Of a DNA stretch of 64,000 nucleotides, positions 29,530 to 40,013 are shown piece after piece. The notes under the pieces were generated by a model. The model did not search any database, had not been told where the DNA came from, and saw nothing but the letters and a program-made list of their open reading frames with translations. Each line of letters opens with the position of its first letter. Within the stretch, counting starts at the first letter, position 1. The DNA is taken from positions 17,902-81,901 of the forward strand of contig JAQSYQ010000009.1 of NCBI GenBank assembly GCA_029256015.1. The letters run 5' to 3'. Source of the stretch: Gammaproteobacteria bacterium (GTDB lineage: Bacteria; Pseudomonadota; Gammaproteobacteria; Francisellales; CACEW01). Position numbers and translations under genes: made by a program.

Positions 29530-32226
29530 ATGCAGGCATTTTTAAAAGCAATTGAGCATCATATTCCCTCAACGCGTATCTTGACCGATTTACTAAGCTT
29601 GCACGCCTATTCTCATGATGCCAGTCATTATGTGTTAACGCCTCAAGCAGTCATTCAAGTCGATAGTGAGGCTGAGGTTCAGATTATTTTAAAAGTCGCT
29701 AATCAATTTCAGGTTCCAGTCACTTTTAGAGCAGCAGGCACTTCCCTTTCTGGCCAGTCCATTAGCGATTCAGTATTGATCGTATTGAATGAAAACTGGC
29801 GCCAGTATGAAATTTTGGCCCATGCTGAGGAAATTAGGCTGCAAGCTGGGGTATTAGGTGGCGAGGCTAACCTTTATCTGGCTCCATTTAGGCGCAAAAT
29901 TGGTCCAGACCCAGCTTCTATCAGCAGCGCTAAAATCTCGGGAATTGCCGCCAATAATGCCAGTGGGATGTGTTGCGGGACCAAGCATAACAGCTATCAC
30001 ACTCTAAGCAGCATAAGACTGGTATTTGCTGATGGCAGTGTATTGGATACAGGCAAAAATGAATCGGTTGAGGCCTTTCGACAAAGTCATAGCGCCTGGC
30101 TGGAGACTTTATTAGGAATACGCAAATCGATCTTGGCGGACACTGAGCTGTTTCAAAAAATTCGCCGTAAATATGCCATTAAAAATACGATAGGCTATAG
30201 CTTAAATGCTTTTATTGACTTTGAAGACCCTATACAAATTTTAGCGCACTTGATGATTGGCTCTGAAGGTACGCTGGGCTTCATCTCAGAACTGACTTAT
30301 CGGACTGTTCCAGACTTCCCCTATAAAAAAGCCGCTCTGTTCTTTTTTGATAACATTCAACAGGCTACGGCAGCGGTGCAGATTTTGCGCCAAAGCGAAG
30401 CCGCCGCCATTGAACTTTTGGACGGCATTTCATTAGATTGTGCCAGGGCCCATCTGTCTCAATATTTACCCCCCAACTTTAATACAGAAATGGCTGCTTT
30501 ATTGGTGGATGTCAGGGCGGAATCAGCCCAGGAGCTCGCAAAGCAAATAGAACTTATTTATCAGCAGTTAGAGAGCTATAAAGGTCTATGCTTTGATACA
30601 GGCTTTTTTGAAGGAAAGGAATACAGTCAAATCTGGCAGGTGAGGCAAGGCTATTTTGCCATGGTGGCAACCATGCGTGAGCCAGGCACGGTAGTGCTAA
30701 TCGAAGATATTGCAGTGTCTTTGGAGCATTTGACTGAAACCGTGCTTGAATTAAGGAAGCTTTTCGAGCGCTTAGGATTTCCTAAAACCAGTATTTTTGG
30801 GCATGCCAGGGACGGTAATCTGCATTTTGTGATGACTTTGAAATTTAATGAGGAGTCTGAGCTAAAGCGCTATGAGCTATTGATGAATGAGCTTTCTACA
30901 CTAATTGTTCATCGCTACCAAGGCTCATTAAAGGCTGAGCATGGCACAGGCCGCAATATGGCGCCTTTTGTGGAGCTCGAATGGGGCAAAACCGCCAGTG
31001 AATTTATGTGGCAGCTTAAAAGCTTATTAGACCCCAATGCTATTTTAAACCCTGATGTACTTTTGTCGCATGACCCTAAAGTGCATTTAAAAAACCTTAA
31101 AAAAGTTCCAGAAGTAGAAAGCCTTATCGACCAATGTCTAGAGTGTGGCTTTTGTGAAAAAGTCTGCCCCTCTAAGGGTTTGACTCTGACTCCAAGACAA
31201 AGAATCGTGAGCTTAAGAAGCATGGAGTTATTAAAGCATTCCGATAAAAAACAATACCGTACTCTGCGAAAGGCTTTTGAATATAAAGGGGCGCAAACTT
31301 GTGCGGCGACCGGCATGTGCAGTGAGGTCTGTCCGGTGGGGATCAATACCGGTGAGGCCATTAAAAATTGGCGATCTCAGCACTTGGGCGCCATTAAGCA
31401 CAGTGTATTAAAATTGATGTCGCGTTATCAGGCCAAGGCTTTAAAACTTATAAGCTTGGCTTTGAAAATATCAGGTAAGGCTTCTAAGCCAGCGCCTAAA
31501 CATCACAGTATTTTAAAAAACCAGGCTCCCAGCAGAAAACTGATATTCTATCCAAGCTGTGGCTGTCGTATGTTGGACAGTTCGCAAACTTCTGAGGCTC
31601 AATTATTACAAGAGATCGCTAATAATTTGGGTTATGAGTTCGTTGTTCCTGATCTAAGCAATTACTGCTGTGGCTTAATGTATGAGAGCGAAGGCGCGAG
31701 AGATATTGCTAAAAATAAACGTCAGGATTTAGTTAAGGCTTTGCAAGCTTTAAGCGAAAATGGCAAGTGGCCGATTGTAACCGAGAACGCGAGCTGTGCT
31801 TTAGAACTGCAAGTCAAAGAACCAAGCTTGGTGATTTTAGATAGTTGGCATTTCTTAATCGAGGCTTTAGAGGGATACCCTTTAAAACAGCTTGATAAAA
31901 CCGTTATGCTGCATGTGAATTGCAGTTTATCCCGTTTAAAAGAAAAAGACCGCTTAATTAAGCTTGCTAAGCGCTGTGCTAAAGAAGTGATTGTTCCGCC
32001 TGATATCTACTGTTGCGGCTTTGCAGGAAGCAAAGGTTTTACCGTGCCTGAACTCAACCAAAATGCGCTAAAAACCTTAGCTTCTCAGATTTCCGATCAT
32101 TGTGAAGAAGGCTATACTTGTTTGCAAACCTGCGAAATAGGATTGTCGAAACACAGTGGCATACCCTATTATTCATTGTTGTATTTACTGAAAGACAGCA
32201 TGGCTTATAAAGATGAGGCTATATAG
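29530..32226 (+). CDS. FAD- and Fe-S-containing D-lactate dehydrogenase (Dld-II type)
   Basis: FRAAGTSLSGQ, GPDPAS, SLKAEHGTGRN, CLECGFCEKVCP, CCG domains. Confidence 0.92.
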   Translation: MQAFLKAIEHHIPSTRILTDLLSLHAYSHDASHYVLTPQAVIQVDSEAEVQIILKVANQFQVPVTFRAAGTSLSGQSISDSVLIVLNENWRQYEILAHAEEIRLQAGVLGGEANLYLAPFRRKIGPDPASISSAKISGIAANNASGMCCGTKHNSYHTLSSIRLVFADGSVLDTGKNESVEAFRQSHSAWLETLLGIRKSILADTELFQKIRRKYAIKNTIGYSLNAFIDFEDPIQILAHLMIGSEGTLGFISELTYRTVPDFPYKKAALFFFDNIQQATAAVQILRQSEAAAIELLDGISLDCARAHLSQYLPPNFNTEMAALLVDVRAESAQELAKQIELIYQQLESYKGLCFDTGFFEGKEYSQIWQVRQGYFAMVATMREPGTVVLIEDIAVSLEHLTETVLELRKLFERLGFPKTSIFGHARDGNLHFVMTLKFNEESELKRYELLMNELSTLIVHRYQGSLKAEHGTGRNMAPFVELEWGKTASEFMWQLKSLLDPNAILNPDVLLSHDPKVHLKNLKKVPEVESLIDQCLECGFCEKVCPSKGLTLTPRQRIVSLRSMELLKHSDKKQYRTLRKAFEYKGAQTCAATGMCSEVCPVGINTGEAIKNWRSQHLGAIKHSVLKLMSRYQAKALKLISLALKISGKASKPAPKHHSILKNQAPSRKLIFYPSCGCRMLDSSQTSEAQLLQEIANNLGYEFVVPDLSNYCCGLMYESEGARDIAKNKRQDLVKALQALSENGKWPIVTENASCALELQVKEPSLVILDSWHFLIEALEGYPLKQLDKTVMLHVNCSLSRLKEKDRLIKLAKRCAKEVIVPPDIYCCGFAGSKGFTVPELNQNALKTLASQISDHCEEGYTCLQTCEIGLSKHSGIPYYSLLYLLKDSMAYKDEAI

Positions 32227-33917
32227 TGAATTCTAAAACTCGGTATTATGCGCTGAGCCTTTGCTGCTTTTTGCTTCCCATTATATTCATTTTCAAAGGC
32301 AGCCTGCTCCATCCGGGTTCTGGTTTTGTTGGCCGTAATGCTGATGCATGCTCTTTTATGTGGTATTTAGGCTGGTTTTGGCATGCGGTATTGACTGCTC
32401 AGAATCCTTTATTGTCCACTATGGTGAATTATCCTTCTAGCGTTAATTTGATGGCCAATCCTGGCGTTGTGGCGGAGGCTGTTTTATTTGGGCCTATAGT
32501 TTATCTGTTTAATGCGGTTTTTGCTTATAACGTTGCAATGATCAGTGCATTTTTGCTGATAGGCATAGTGGGCGCTGCTATTTTCAAAAGCCTTGGGGTA
32601 AGAAAGTATTTGGCCACACTAGGGGGGCTTTTATTTCAAATTAGCCCATTTGCAGTTAACCAAAGTGTTGATGGGCATCTCCATCTTATTTTTGCCTATG
32701 TCATTATTCTAAGTTTGATTTATCTTCTGATTCTCATGCTGCATGCTAATAAGCCTTTAAAGTTACATGGGGTAATGCTTGGTTTGCTGCTTAGCTGTTT
32801 GTTTTATACTAGTTTAGAAATGTTCGCCGTTTTGTTTTTAATTTCATTGATCGCCTTCACAGTATTTTTAATGATTTACCAAAAAGAGCTTTGGGCAAAT
32901 CTCAAGCTTAAAGTTTATGGGCATGCTTTTAATGCTGCTATTACTAGCCTGATATTGATTTTACCCGGCTTGGTCGTATTCTTTTTCGGCCCATCTGGCT
33001 TAATTTTTCAGCCGGTTTTTCAAAGCTGGGTTTACAACTCAAGTGTTCTCAATTTCTTTATCCCTAGCCAGGCACAATGGCTTAATTTTACGCTTTCCTT
33101 CTATAGTGTTCCTGACAATCTGCTATCTGAAGCCAATGCTTATATTGGAATTCCAGCCTTGAGTATACTTTGCTTATCCAGGTTTTTTTGGCGAACTAAA
33201 CTTTCACGCAGTTTGATCTGGCTATTACTGATCATCATTGTGCTTTCACTAGGCCCTTGTTTGCGTATTTCTGATACAAGCCTGATTCGAATAGATCTGC
33301 CCTGGTTATTTATTCAAAAGCTTCCTTTGCTTGGCAATGTTTTGCCATGCAGGTTGATGCTGTTTGCTGACATCATTTTTGTAATTTTAACGGTGTTGGG
33401 GGTTGAACATGCCAGCAAAAAATGTGGAAAGCTAAGTCAGTGTTTATTTTTGACACTGTTGGCCCTAACAGCAGTAAGTTGGCTACCTAATTGGAACTTT
33501 TGGCATCAGTCTCTGCCGCTCAGTTTCCATTCAATAGAAAAAGGAGGGGCGCTTTATCCAAAGCTTGTAGGCCAACCTGTTACTATCATTGAATCGAGCT
33601 ATGGGAATATTTATGAAATGGGCGCTTTGCCAGGTGGTTTTTACGCTTTTCCCGTGACCAATGCTTACCAATTTCCTTATACTTCGCGCCCTTTAGATTA
33701 TTCGGATTTTTTTATTTTTAGTGATGACTATCAGAATTTAAATGTTGCTTCAGCAAAGCTAAAGTTGCAACGTTTTCTTAAGATTCGGAACCCCAAGAGA
33801 ATAGTGTATTTACCTAGCAAATTCGTAACTATGCCGCCGTCATTGCAGCAAGCTTTGACCGAATTGTTCGGAAAACCATTTCAAAAGGATGGAGTAGAAC
33901 TATGGGAACTGCCTTAA
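32226..33917 (+). CDS. Polytopic membrane protein, probable GT-C glycosyltransferase
   Basis: D...FMWYL.W, GHLHL, E.NAYIG, LP.R motifs; many TM. Confidence 0.6.
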   Translation: MNSKTRYYALSLCCFLLPIIFIFKGSLLHPGSGFVGRNADACSFMWYLGWFWHAVLTAQNPLLSTMVNYPSSVNLMANPGVVAEAVLFGPIVYLFNAVFAYNVAMISAFLLIGIVGAAIFKSLGVRKYLATLGGLLFQISPFAVNQSVDGHLHLIFAYVIILSLIYLLILMLHANKPLKLHGVMLGLLLSCLFYTSLEMFAVLFLISLIAFTVFLMIYQKELWANLKLKVYGHAFNAAITSLILILPGLVVFFFGPSGLIFQPVFQSWVYNSSVLNFFIPSQAQWLNFTLSFYSVPDNLLSEANAYIGIPALSILCLSRFFWRTKLSRSLIWLLLIIIVLSLGPCLRISDTSLIRIDLPWLFIQKLPLLGNVLPCRLMLFADIIFVILTVLGVEHASKKCGKLSQCLFLTLLALTAVSWLPNWNFWHQSLPLSFHSIEKGGALYPKLVGQPVTIIESSYGNIYEMGALPGGFYAFPVTNAYQFPYTSRPLDYSDFFIFSDDYQNLNVASAKLKLQRFLKIRNPKRIVYLPSKFVTMPPSLQQALTELFGKPFQKDGVELWELP

Positions 33918-33973
33918 TTTTTATTATAATGAGCTATGCTTACTAAGAAGATAACAAATCAAAGAGGTTTATT

Positions 33974-34465
33974 GTGAACCAACTTATCGCTCAATCTACC
34001 GCCTTTCTACTAAGTCATGTGCCTTTTGTCGGGCTTATTTTGGCTTTTATTTTCGGGTCATTTCATGCCTTAAGGCGCCCGGATGATAAAAAAGAAGGCT
34101 ATCTAGCTTATCTTTTTTTATTTACGGTGGGCTTAACGGGGATCTGGGGCTTTATTGTACATGCCTTTTTCCCTGGCATTGCTGACAAATTCATTGGCTG
34201 GGCTTATAGCCCCTTTGAGTTTGAAGTAGCTGTGGCCAACCTGGGAATGGGAGTTGCTGGACTATTTGCTTTTCGTGCTAGCTATAGTTTTAGATTAGCC
34301 ACCATCGTTTTTGTCAGCTGTTTTAGCTGGGGAGCCGCAATTGGCCATCTTTATCAAATGCTGGCCCACCACAATTTTGCCGCAGGCAATGCCGGATTAA
34401 TTTTCTATACCGATATTATTATCCCACTATTGTTGTGGCTGTTGCTGCCCTTTTCTAAGAGGTGA
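33974..34465 (+). CDS. Conserved membrane protein (DUF6790-like)
   Basis: HAFFP...IGW..SPFEFEVA.ANLG, GH...M...NFA.GNAG. Confidence 0.7.
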   Translation: MNQLIAQSTAFLLSHVPFVGLILAFIFGSFHALRRPDDKKEGYLAYLFLFTVGLTGIWGFIVHAFFPGIADKFIGWAYSPFEFEVAVANLGMGVAGLFAFRASYSFRLATIVFVSCFSWGAAIGHLYQMLAHHNFAAGNAGLIFYTDIIIPLLLWLLLPFSKR

Positions 34466-34591
34466 TTTTTCTGTGAATTTGTTATTTTTACCTACGTATT
34501 TTTACGAATATCCCTAAATTTCTTTAAGCCATACACTCTCCTTGGATTAACCAAAGTTAATCAAACTTAATCACTTATCGAGGAGAGCTAT

Positions 34592-36373
34592 ATGTTTGGT
34601 GAAATTCCTATTGTTGAAAAAATAAAAGATTTGATCAATGGTGATGGTTTTGCTCGGCATGTTGAGCCAAGTTTTCATTTGCCAGCAAAGCGTGGTCATT
34701 TCATTACAGTCGAAGATACCACTACAATGCAGCCTACCATCAGCACACACCCAAGGTTATCTGGTGGCTGGACGACTACAAGCAAAAGTGAGCACAAGGT
34801 CAGTGAGAACTTTCTTGGCGAAACCAGAACGACTAGTTCAGATAGTAAGCTTAACGCTTCAATTAGCGTTAACTCACCCATACCTGTAACAGTTGGGGCA
34901 GGCGCTTCGGCAAGCAGTAGTGGAAAAACTTACCTCATCACTTGCAGTATCAAAGTTGATAAAGTAACGGAATGTGAATTTTATGATCCCCCTGCTGAGC
35001 TTAAAACAAATTGGGAATCTTTAGATAAACGTGATTCTATTAGACAATATAGTCATTATATTGATCATATTGCCCATGGTGGACAAGCTATTGTTAATAT
35101 TACCTATGAATTTACTTCGAGTAAAAAAGCTGCAAGCGCTCATCTGAAACTATCTGCTGCTAACAGTATTAATGCCCTGATGGAAGCTTCTCATACAGCT
35201 GAATCAGAAGGCGCTAAGCTCTCTGTTGTACTGGATAGAAGAGGATTTGCCGCCAGTGCAGCAGCCTTCCCCAAAGTAGAAGAGAAGAAAAAAGTACTAG
35301 ATTATTACAATGAAGTTTCAGAATGGGTTAGGACTGCGCCAATAGATTCAAAAACCCAGTCTATTATTTATTATCACGCTAAGCCTTTAAGCGCACCTGA
35401 AGTGGGTGAATTGCGTGTGCTTGATGATATGGAAAACGGAATTGCTAATCATTACTACAATTTGGCTGCCCGCATTCATGCTAATAAGCTTCTTAAGGAT
35501 TCTTATCTGTCAGGCAGAACTATCAGATTGGAAGAGGCTTTGGCAGAACTTAGGAATAATCATGTTATTAGTAGAATAGATCAGATGAATATTACTAACT
35601 CTGCTGGTCAATACTTAGGGCTAAGTGATGATGATAAACTTACTTTTATAGCCAGCCCCAATTGTGTGTTTAAATTAGTTCCTACCAATGTCTCCGATCT
35701 ATTGACTCCAAATACAGAAAAATTTGAAATTCAAGTGTTCCAAGGAGACAGTCTAATCGGATTTTTACTAGCCCAGTCTCATGGGATGGCTGGTGAATAT
35801 AAGTTACGTATACATAGGGATAAGGATCTAAAGCATGAAGATGCCTATCAATTTTTACTTCAAAGTGATAAGGGAATAGCTAACGTAACAGCTGATACTG
35901 CTAGACCTTATCGCTTAGTAGCGCAAACTGTTTGGAGTAAGGGTTTCATGGGGCGTTGGGACTTAGAGAAGGGAGATTACTATTTGAAAGCGGATGGAAC
36001 ATTTTCTAAGGATCGAAGCAAAGCAGCCACTATTACGCTTGTCAGCCCAGCACCTGAAACCATCCTTACAGCACGCAATGATTCAGCCCTAAATTTGCCA
36101 CGCGGTTCCAAAATAACCGCAAACGATGGATTACCAATGAGGGTGGGTGATGCAGAGGGAACAAGAGAGGGCGGCACTCGTGGCGGCTCTGGAGGCACTG
36201 CGGCAGGTGGGGCTGGAGCTCCATTAGAGGAACTACTAGGCAGAGATGCAAGAGAGGCTCTGTCATTTGGGCGTGCCTCTGGAGCGGCTGCCATGGATAG
36301 AAGAACAAGCGCTGTTCATCTAAGCGATGCTGATGTATTTAGTACCCAGGGCGGGAGCTTAGATAGGGTTTAA
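34592..36373 (+). CDS. MACPF/CDC-like candidate pore-forming protein
   Basis: YSHY-x6-GG signature (35048-35083), S/T/A-rich beta-hairpin-like segments; AGGAG RBS. Confidence 0.6.
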   Translation: MFGEIPIVEKIKDLINGDGFARHVEPSFHLPAKRGHFITVEDTTTMQPTISTHPRLSGGWTTTSKSEHKVSENFLGETRTTSSDSKLNASISVNSPIPVTVGAGASASSSGKTYLITCSIKVDKVTECEFYDPPAELKTNWESLDKRDSIRQYSHYIDHIAHGGQAIVNITYEFTSSKKAASAHLKLSAANSINALMEASHTAESEGAKLSVVLDRRGFAASAAAFPKVEEKKKVLDYYNEVSEWVRTAPIDSKTQSIIYYHAKPLSAPEVGELRVLDDMENGIANHYYNLAARIHANKLLKDSYLSGRTIRLEEALAELRNNHVISRIDQMNITNSAGQYLGLSDDDKLTFIASPNCVFKLVPTNVSDLLTPNTEKFEIQVFQGDSLIGFLLAQSHGMAGEYKLRIHRDKDLKHEDAYQFLLQSDKGIANVTADTARPYRLVAQTVWSKGFMGRWDLEKGDYYLKADGTFSKDRSKAATITLVSPAPETILTARNDSALNLPRGSKITANDGLPMRVGDAEGTREGGTRGGSGGTAAGGAGAPLEELLGRDAREALSFGRASGAAAMDRRTSAVHLSDADVFSTQGGSLDRV

Positions 36374-36391
36374 GTTTAAAGCTCGATTATT

Positions 36392-36423
36392 AAAAGGCAG
36401 GGTAGGGATGCTCTGCCTTTTTA
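36392..36423 (+). terminator. Intrinsic terminator
   Basis: AAAAGGCAGGGTA-ggga-TGCTCTGCCTTTTTT. Confidence 0.75.
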
Positions 36424-36615
36424 TAAAAAAATTTGATGCCAGTGGTGATTAGCTGAGTCGAAAATGCTTGAGTAAATACCAAGCTAGTTTTTGATATCAA
36501 GTTTGAAAGAATACTATTCACGATAATTCTCTCTCAAACTAGGTGGGATATGCTGTGCGGCATTTACGATCTTTTAACAGTCAGGTAACATGAATTCTAT
36601 ACATGAATACTGGAG

Positions 36616-36852
36616 TTGAAAGAGTTGAAAGATGTGATTAAAGAAGCGTGTGAGCACCTTATATTCGGAGGCATGATTACAGGTTGTTTTATTCTCGCTG
36701 TAAGACTTCAATTACGCATACAAGATGATCATTATTCTAAAAAAGCTCAGTTGAATAACCCTGATAAAATTTGCCCTAGATGCCAATGTGTTTTTAACGG
36801 TGCACACGAAAAAAGCAAGCCTGATAGAGTTCAAGGCAAAGAAATGCAATAA
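36616..36852 (+). CDS. Small hypothetical protein
   Basis: 78 aa, one hydrophobic stretch, CPRC. Confidence 0.35.
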   Translation: MKELKDVIKEACEHLIFGGMITGCFILAVRLQLRIQDDHYSKKAQLNNPDKICPRCQCVFNGAHEKSKPDRVQGKEMQ

Positions 36853-36990
36853 TACAAAATGAAGATTTTGCCTATTATAGGCACATTGGCATTTTGCTCA
36901 ATAGATAGCTGTATTATCTGAGCTTCTAGGAGATTGCTGCTAAAAAGCTGATGGCCATGGTTATTGGCATAACCTGCAAAACTCCCATAA

Positions 36991-37329
36991 GGTGTATTAG
37001 TTACAACTTTAACGACCACAGTTGAGTTATGGCTTACATCGGGTAAGCTCGATCCCACTATTCTTTCAGATGATTTTGAATTTTCATCTCCTTTTTGGAA
37101 GCATGCTGACAAGAAGCAATTTCTAGATAAGTTTCTTGATCCAACTGAATATAGAGCAAAAAGCCTTTCAAATATCACCAAGTTTGATCCCGTTATTCGC
37201 TGCAGTGATGAAGGCGGTCACTATTTTACAATTATCCTAAGGTACCACACCAAAAATGGCTGCTGTGTTGATGAGGCCGTAGTTTGTGAAGTCAAAATTG
37301 GGTTGGTATCTAGCATGCGCACAATCTAG
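36991..37329 (+). pseudogene. SnoaL/NTF2-like gene remnant (no start; premature TAG)
   Basis: Open frame VELWLTSGKLDPTILSDDFEFSSPFW...SMRTI*DL; not in ORF track. Confidence 0.55.
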
Positions 37330-37483
37330 GACTTGATAAAGACACCTGGGCATGTGCCAAAGGTTGGGCTTTATGGAAAGCATTAATTGTTGCTTATAAA
37401 ATGACGCAAAGTAATAATGTGGAAAGTGAGTACTGTTTCCAAATTCTTACTGAATTAATGCAAACAACTGAATAGGAAAGTCT

Positions 37484-37765
37484 ATGGCAATTAAACCTTC
37501 TGATATGTTACCAGATGATGTGGACAGTACAATCATTGAAGGCGTTCGAGTTCGTAAGGGAACAGTTGCAGCAGTTTTGGCAAACTTAAAAGCTTTAGAT
37601 ATGCCTAATGTAATCTCGGCTGAAAAAGAAGCCATCATACAGGCAATTCGAGATCTTGCACCTGCACTAGTTGTGCTGGGATTTAAAAAATACCTTACTT
37701 TCAATAACCCTGATATTCAAAAGATAGTTGATGAAGCTTATGAAAATCTAAAAAGATCACAGTAA
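37484..37765 (+). CDS. Conserved hypothetical protein
   Basis: KPSDMLPD...GVRVRKGTVAA.LAN; AGGA RBS. Confidence 0.75.
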   Translation: MAIKPSDMLPDDVDSTIIEGVRVRKGTVAAVLANLKALDMPNVISAEKEAIIQAIRDLAPALVVLGFKKYLTFNNPDIQKIVDEAYENLKRSQ

Positions 37766-37783
37766 AAGACGGGCACGTAAATT

Positions 37784-38656
37784 ATGTTTAAAATCTTGCA
37801 GGGCTTGATGACTTTCATTTTTTCCTTGGCAATAGCAGCAGGAAGCGCTTATGGCACCACAGAGCCTTCCTTAGTCAAAATTCAAGCTTTAGAGACCTCA
37901 TCTCATGGGCGGCTTGGCGTGACTGAAATCAACACTGTTAATCAAGACAACTTTCAATATCAGGCTACGCAGCGTTTTCCTATGGGCAGCACTTGGAAAG
38001 TCATGCTGGTCGGAGATATTCTTAAACAAAGTATGAATGATCCTCATCTACTGCAGCAGAAAATCCTCTATACAAAAACGGACCTAGACTTCTATTCCCC
38101 TGTTACTAAGCAACATTTGACTGATGGAATGACAATTGCTGATTTATGTGCTGCTACACTTACAGAAAGCGATAATACCGCTGCTAATTTGTTGATGCGG
38201 CAGTTAGGCGGCCCGCAATCTGTAACTGCTTTTGCACGTTCCATAGGAGATAAATCTTTTAGAGTTGATCGCTGGGAGCCTGCTCTTAATTCAGCGATTC
38301 CAGGTGACCCTCGCGATACCACTACTCCTTTAGCGATGGCACAAAGCTTGCAAAAGCTTGTTTTTGGTAACGTCTTAGCTCCAGCACAGCAAAGCCAACT
38401 ACAAACTTGGCTGAAACAAAACACAACGGGTAACGCACGTATTCGAGCAGGTGTTCCTTCAGGTTGGATTGTCGGCGATAAAACCGGTACGGGTGACTAT
38501 GGTACAACAAATGATATTGCAGTCCTCTGGCCGCCTAAAGGCTCGCCGATTATACTTGTAGTTTATTTTACTCAATCGCAACAAAATGCCGCTCCACGTG
38601 ATGATGTGATAGCTTCTGTCACTCGAATATTGATTGGTAATAATAGTAAATTATGA
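37784..38656 (+). CDS. Class A serine beta-lactamase
   Basis: Signal peptide; STWK (SxxK), SDN, RWEPALN (E166/N170), DKTG. Confidence 0.95.
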   Translation: MFKILQGLMTFIFSLAIAAGSAYGTTEPSLVKIQALETSSHGRLGVTEINTVNQDNFQYQATQRFPMGSTWKVMLVGDILKQSMNDPHLLQQKILYTKTDLDFYSPVTKQHLTDGMTIADLCAATLTESDNTAANLLMRQLGGPQSVTAFARSIGDKSFRVDRWEPALNSAIPGDPRDTTTPLAMAQSLQKLVFGNVLAPAQQSQLQTWLKQNTTGNARIRAGVPSGWIVGDKTGTGDYGTTNDIAVLWPPKGSPIILVVYFTQSQQNAAPRDDVIASVTRILIGNNSKL

Positions 38657-38862
38657 CAGAAAACGACGATCTCAATAATACAGTTATTGATTGGGGGCGC
38701 ACAAAAATCAGCTTGGCTGGATTCAAGGGATATGAAACATTACATCGTGTCAGAAATTCAGGTAAGCAAACGATTGTCGTACAGCATCAAAATGTTCAAA
38801 TTAATGGTGGTCAGGCTGTTGTTGCAAATGAGATTAGATCACAACAAGAGGGGGTGGGGTAA
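38653..38862 (+). pseudogene. Fragment of a phage/island gene usually found upstream of HGGxSTG genes
   Basis: GKQTIVVQHQNVQINGGQAVV C-terminal motif only. Confidence 0.45.
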
Positions 38863-39140
38863 TGAAAACTGAAATTCAACCCCGTGAGCCGGAGTATGCT
38901 TTTTAAAAAGCTAAACCCTGTGGAGCAAAAACTCGCATGGGAACTTCTTGTCTTGCCCCCTCAACTAAGAAGGGGCGCTGTAAGTTGCACGGGGGCGCTA
39001 GAGGTAGTGGCGCACCTATAGGTAATCGTAATGCTCTTAAGCACGGCCGTCATACAAACCAAAATATAGCAGGAGTAAAGGAAATGAAGAAATTAATAAA
39101 AAGCATAAATGATTTAATTTCTAATAAATATTCATCATAA
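38862..39140 (+). pseudogene. HGGxSTG-domain gene with in-frame TAA at 38904
   Basis: MKTEIQPREPEYAF*KAKPCGAKTRMGTSC...GRCKLHGG...GNRNALKHG. Confidence 0.75.
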
Positions 39141-39142
39141 GC

Positions 39143-39985
39143 TTATTTAAACAAGCTGATTATTGCAATAATGAAGACGCCTGTTATCAACCAGTTCATT
39201 TTGCTTTGTAACTTGATAATAAGCTGATTTAAAATTATAAGGCCTTTGTTTTCTGGGGGGGCAGGGACTTGTTTTTGAGATGAAATACTTGCATTTTCTT
39301 TCTCTTCTTCATCGCAAGTGGTGATGTCTGAAATTAGTTTTCTTTTTACAGATAGCCATTTTATAGATCCTTTGCTTGAGTCATTCACAAACATAAAAAA
39401 TGTCTTATAGGGGTTATGAAATGGTTCAAAATCATCTTTATCTTCATATAGATTTGGGTTAAGAGCAATACTTAGTAGACCTAAATCTCCAGCTTCAATT
39501 AAGGCCTTTTTGATTAGGTCGAAATTTGATTTGCGAATGAAGCATGTTATGTTAACTTCTGATCTTTCATTTAAATTACCTAACCAAAAATAAGGCGTAG
39601 AATGGAAGGCATAGCAAAATTCCTCTGCGTTATCGTTAGTAGATTGAATTGTTACTTCCACTTTATGAAATGGTTTTTTGTGTAAATTTTCTTTCACCCA
39701 TTCTTGAGTATTTTGAATTTTATCGAAAAGTAGTTCTACCTGATTGTCTTTAATGTGCCCTGTTCCTGTTAGACTATCCGTATGGTCGTTTTCACCACCA
39801 GCATAAATGCTTGTCTTCAATATTACATTTGCTGTTTCAATAAAAAGTTGAGCGTGCTTATCTTCTATTACCACAAGCTCATCATTATTATGTTTAATTT
39901 TGTACTGTTTGCAATTATCCTCAATACCGTTTCGTGTCAGCTCTAGCTCTTCAGTAACGTAAGCATAAGGAAATTCAAATGACAT
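39143..39985 (-). CDS. Hypothetical protein with C-terminal TM anchor
   Basis: 280 aa, GAGG RBS, ends WLITGVFIIAIISLFK. Confidence 0.75.
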   Translation of the reverse strand: MSFEFPYAYVTEELELTRNGIEDNCKQYKIKHNNDELVVIEDKHAQLFIETANVILKTSIYAGGENDHTDSLTGTGHIKDNQVELLFDKIQNTQEWVKENLHKKPFHKVEVTIQSTNDNAEEFCYAFHSTPYFWLGNLNERSEVNITCFIRKSNFDLIKKALIEAGDLGLLSIALNPNLYEDKDDFEPFHNPYKTFFMFVNDSSKGSIKWLSVKRKLISDITTCDEEEKENASISSQKQVPAPPENKGLIILNQLIIKLQSKMNWLITGVFIIAIISLFK

Positions 39986-40013
39986 TATGGAAACCTCAAA
40001 AAGTTAGTTTATA

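Noticed and set aside
36831-37181. 116-aa - strand ORF
   Set aside because: The opposite strand carries a more protein-like SnoaL-type frame
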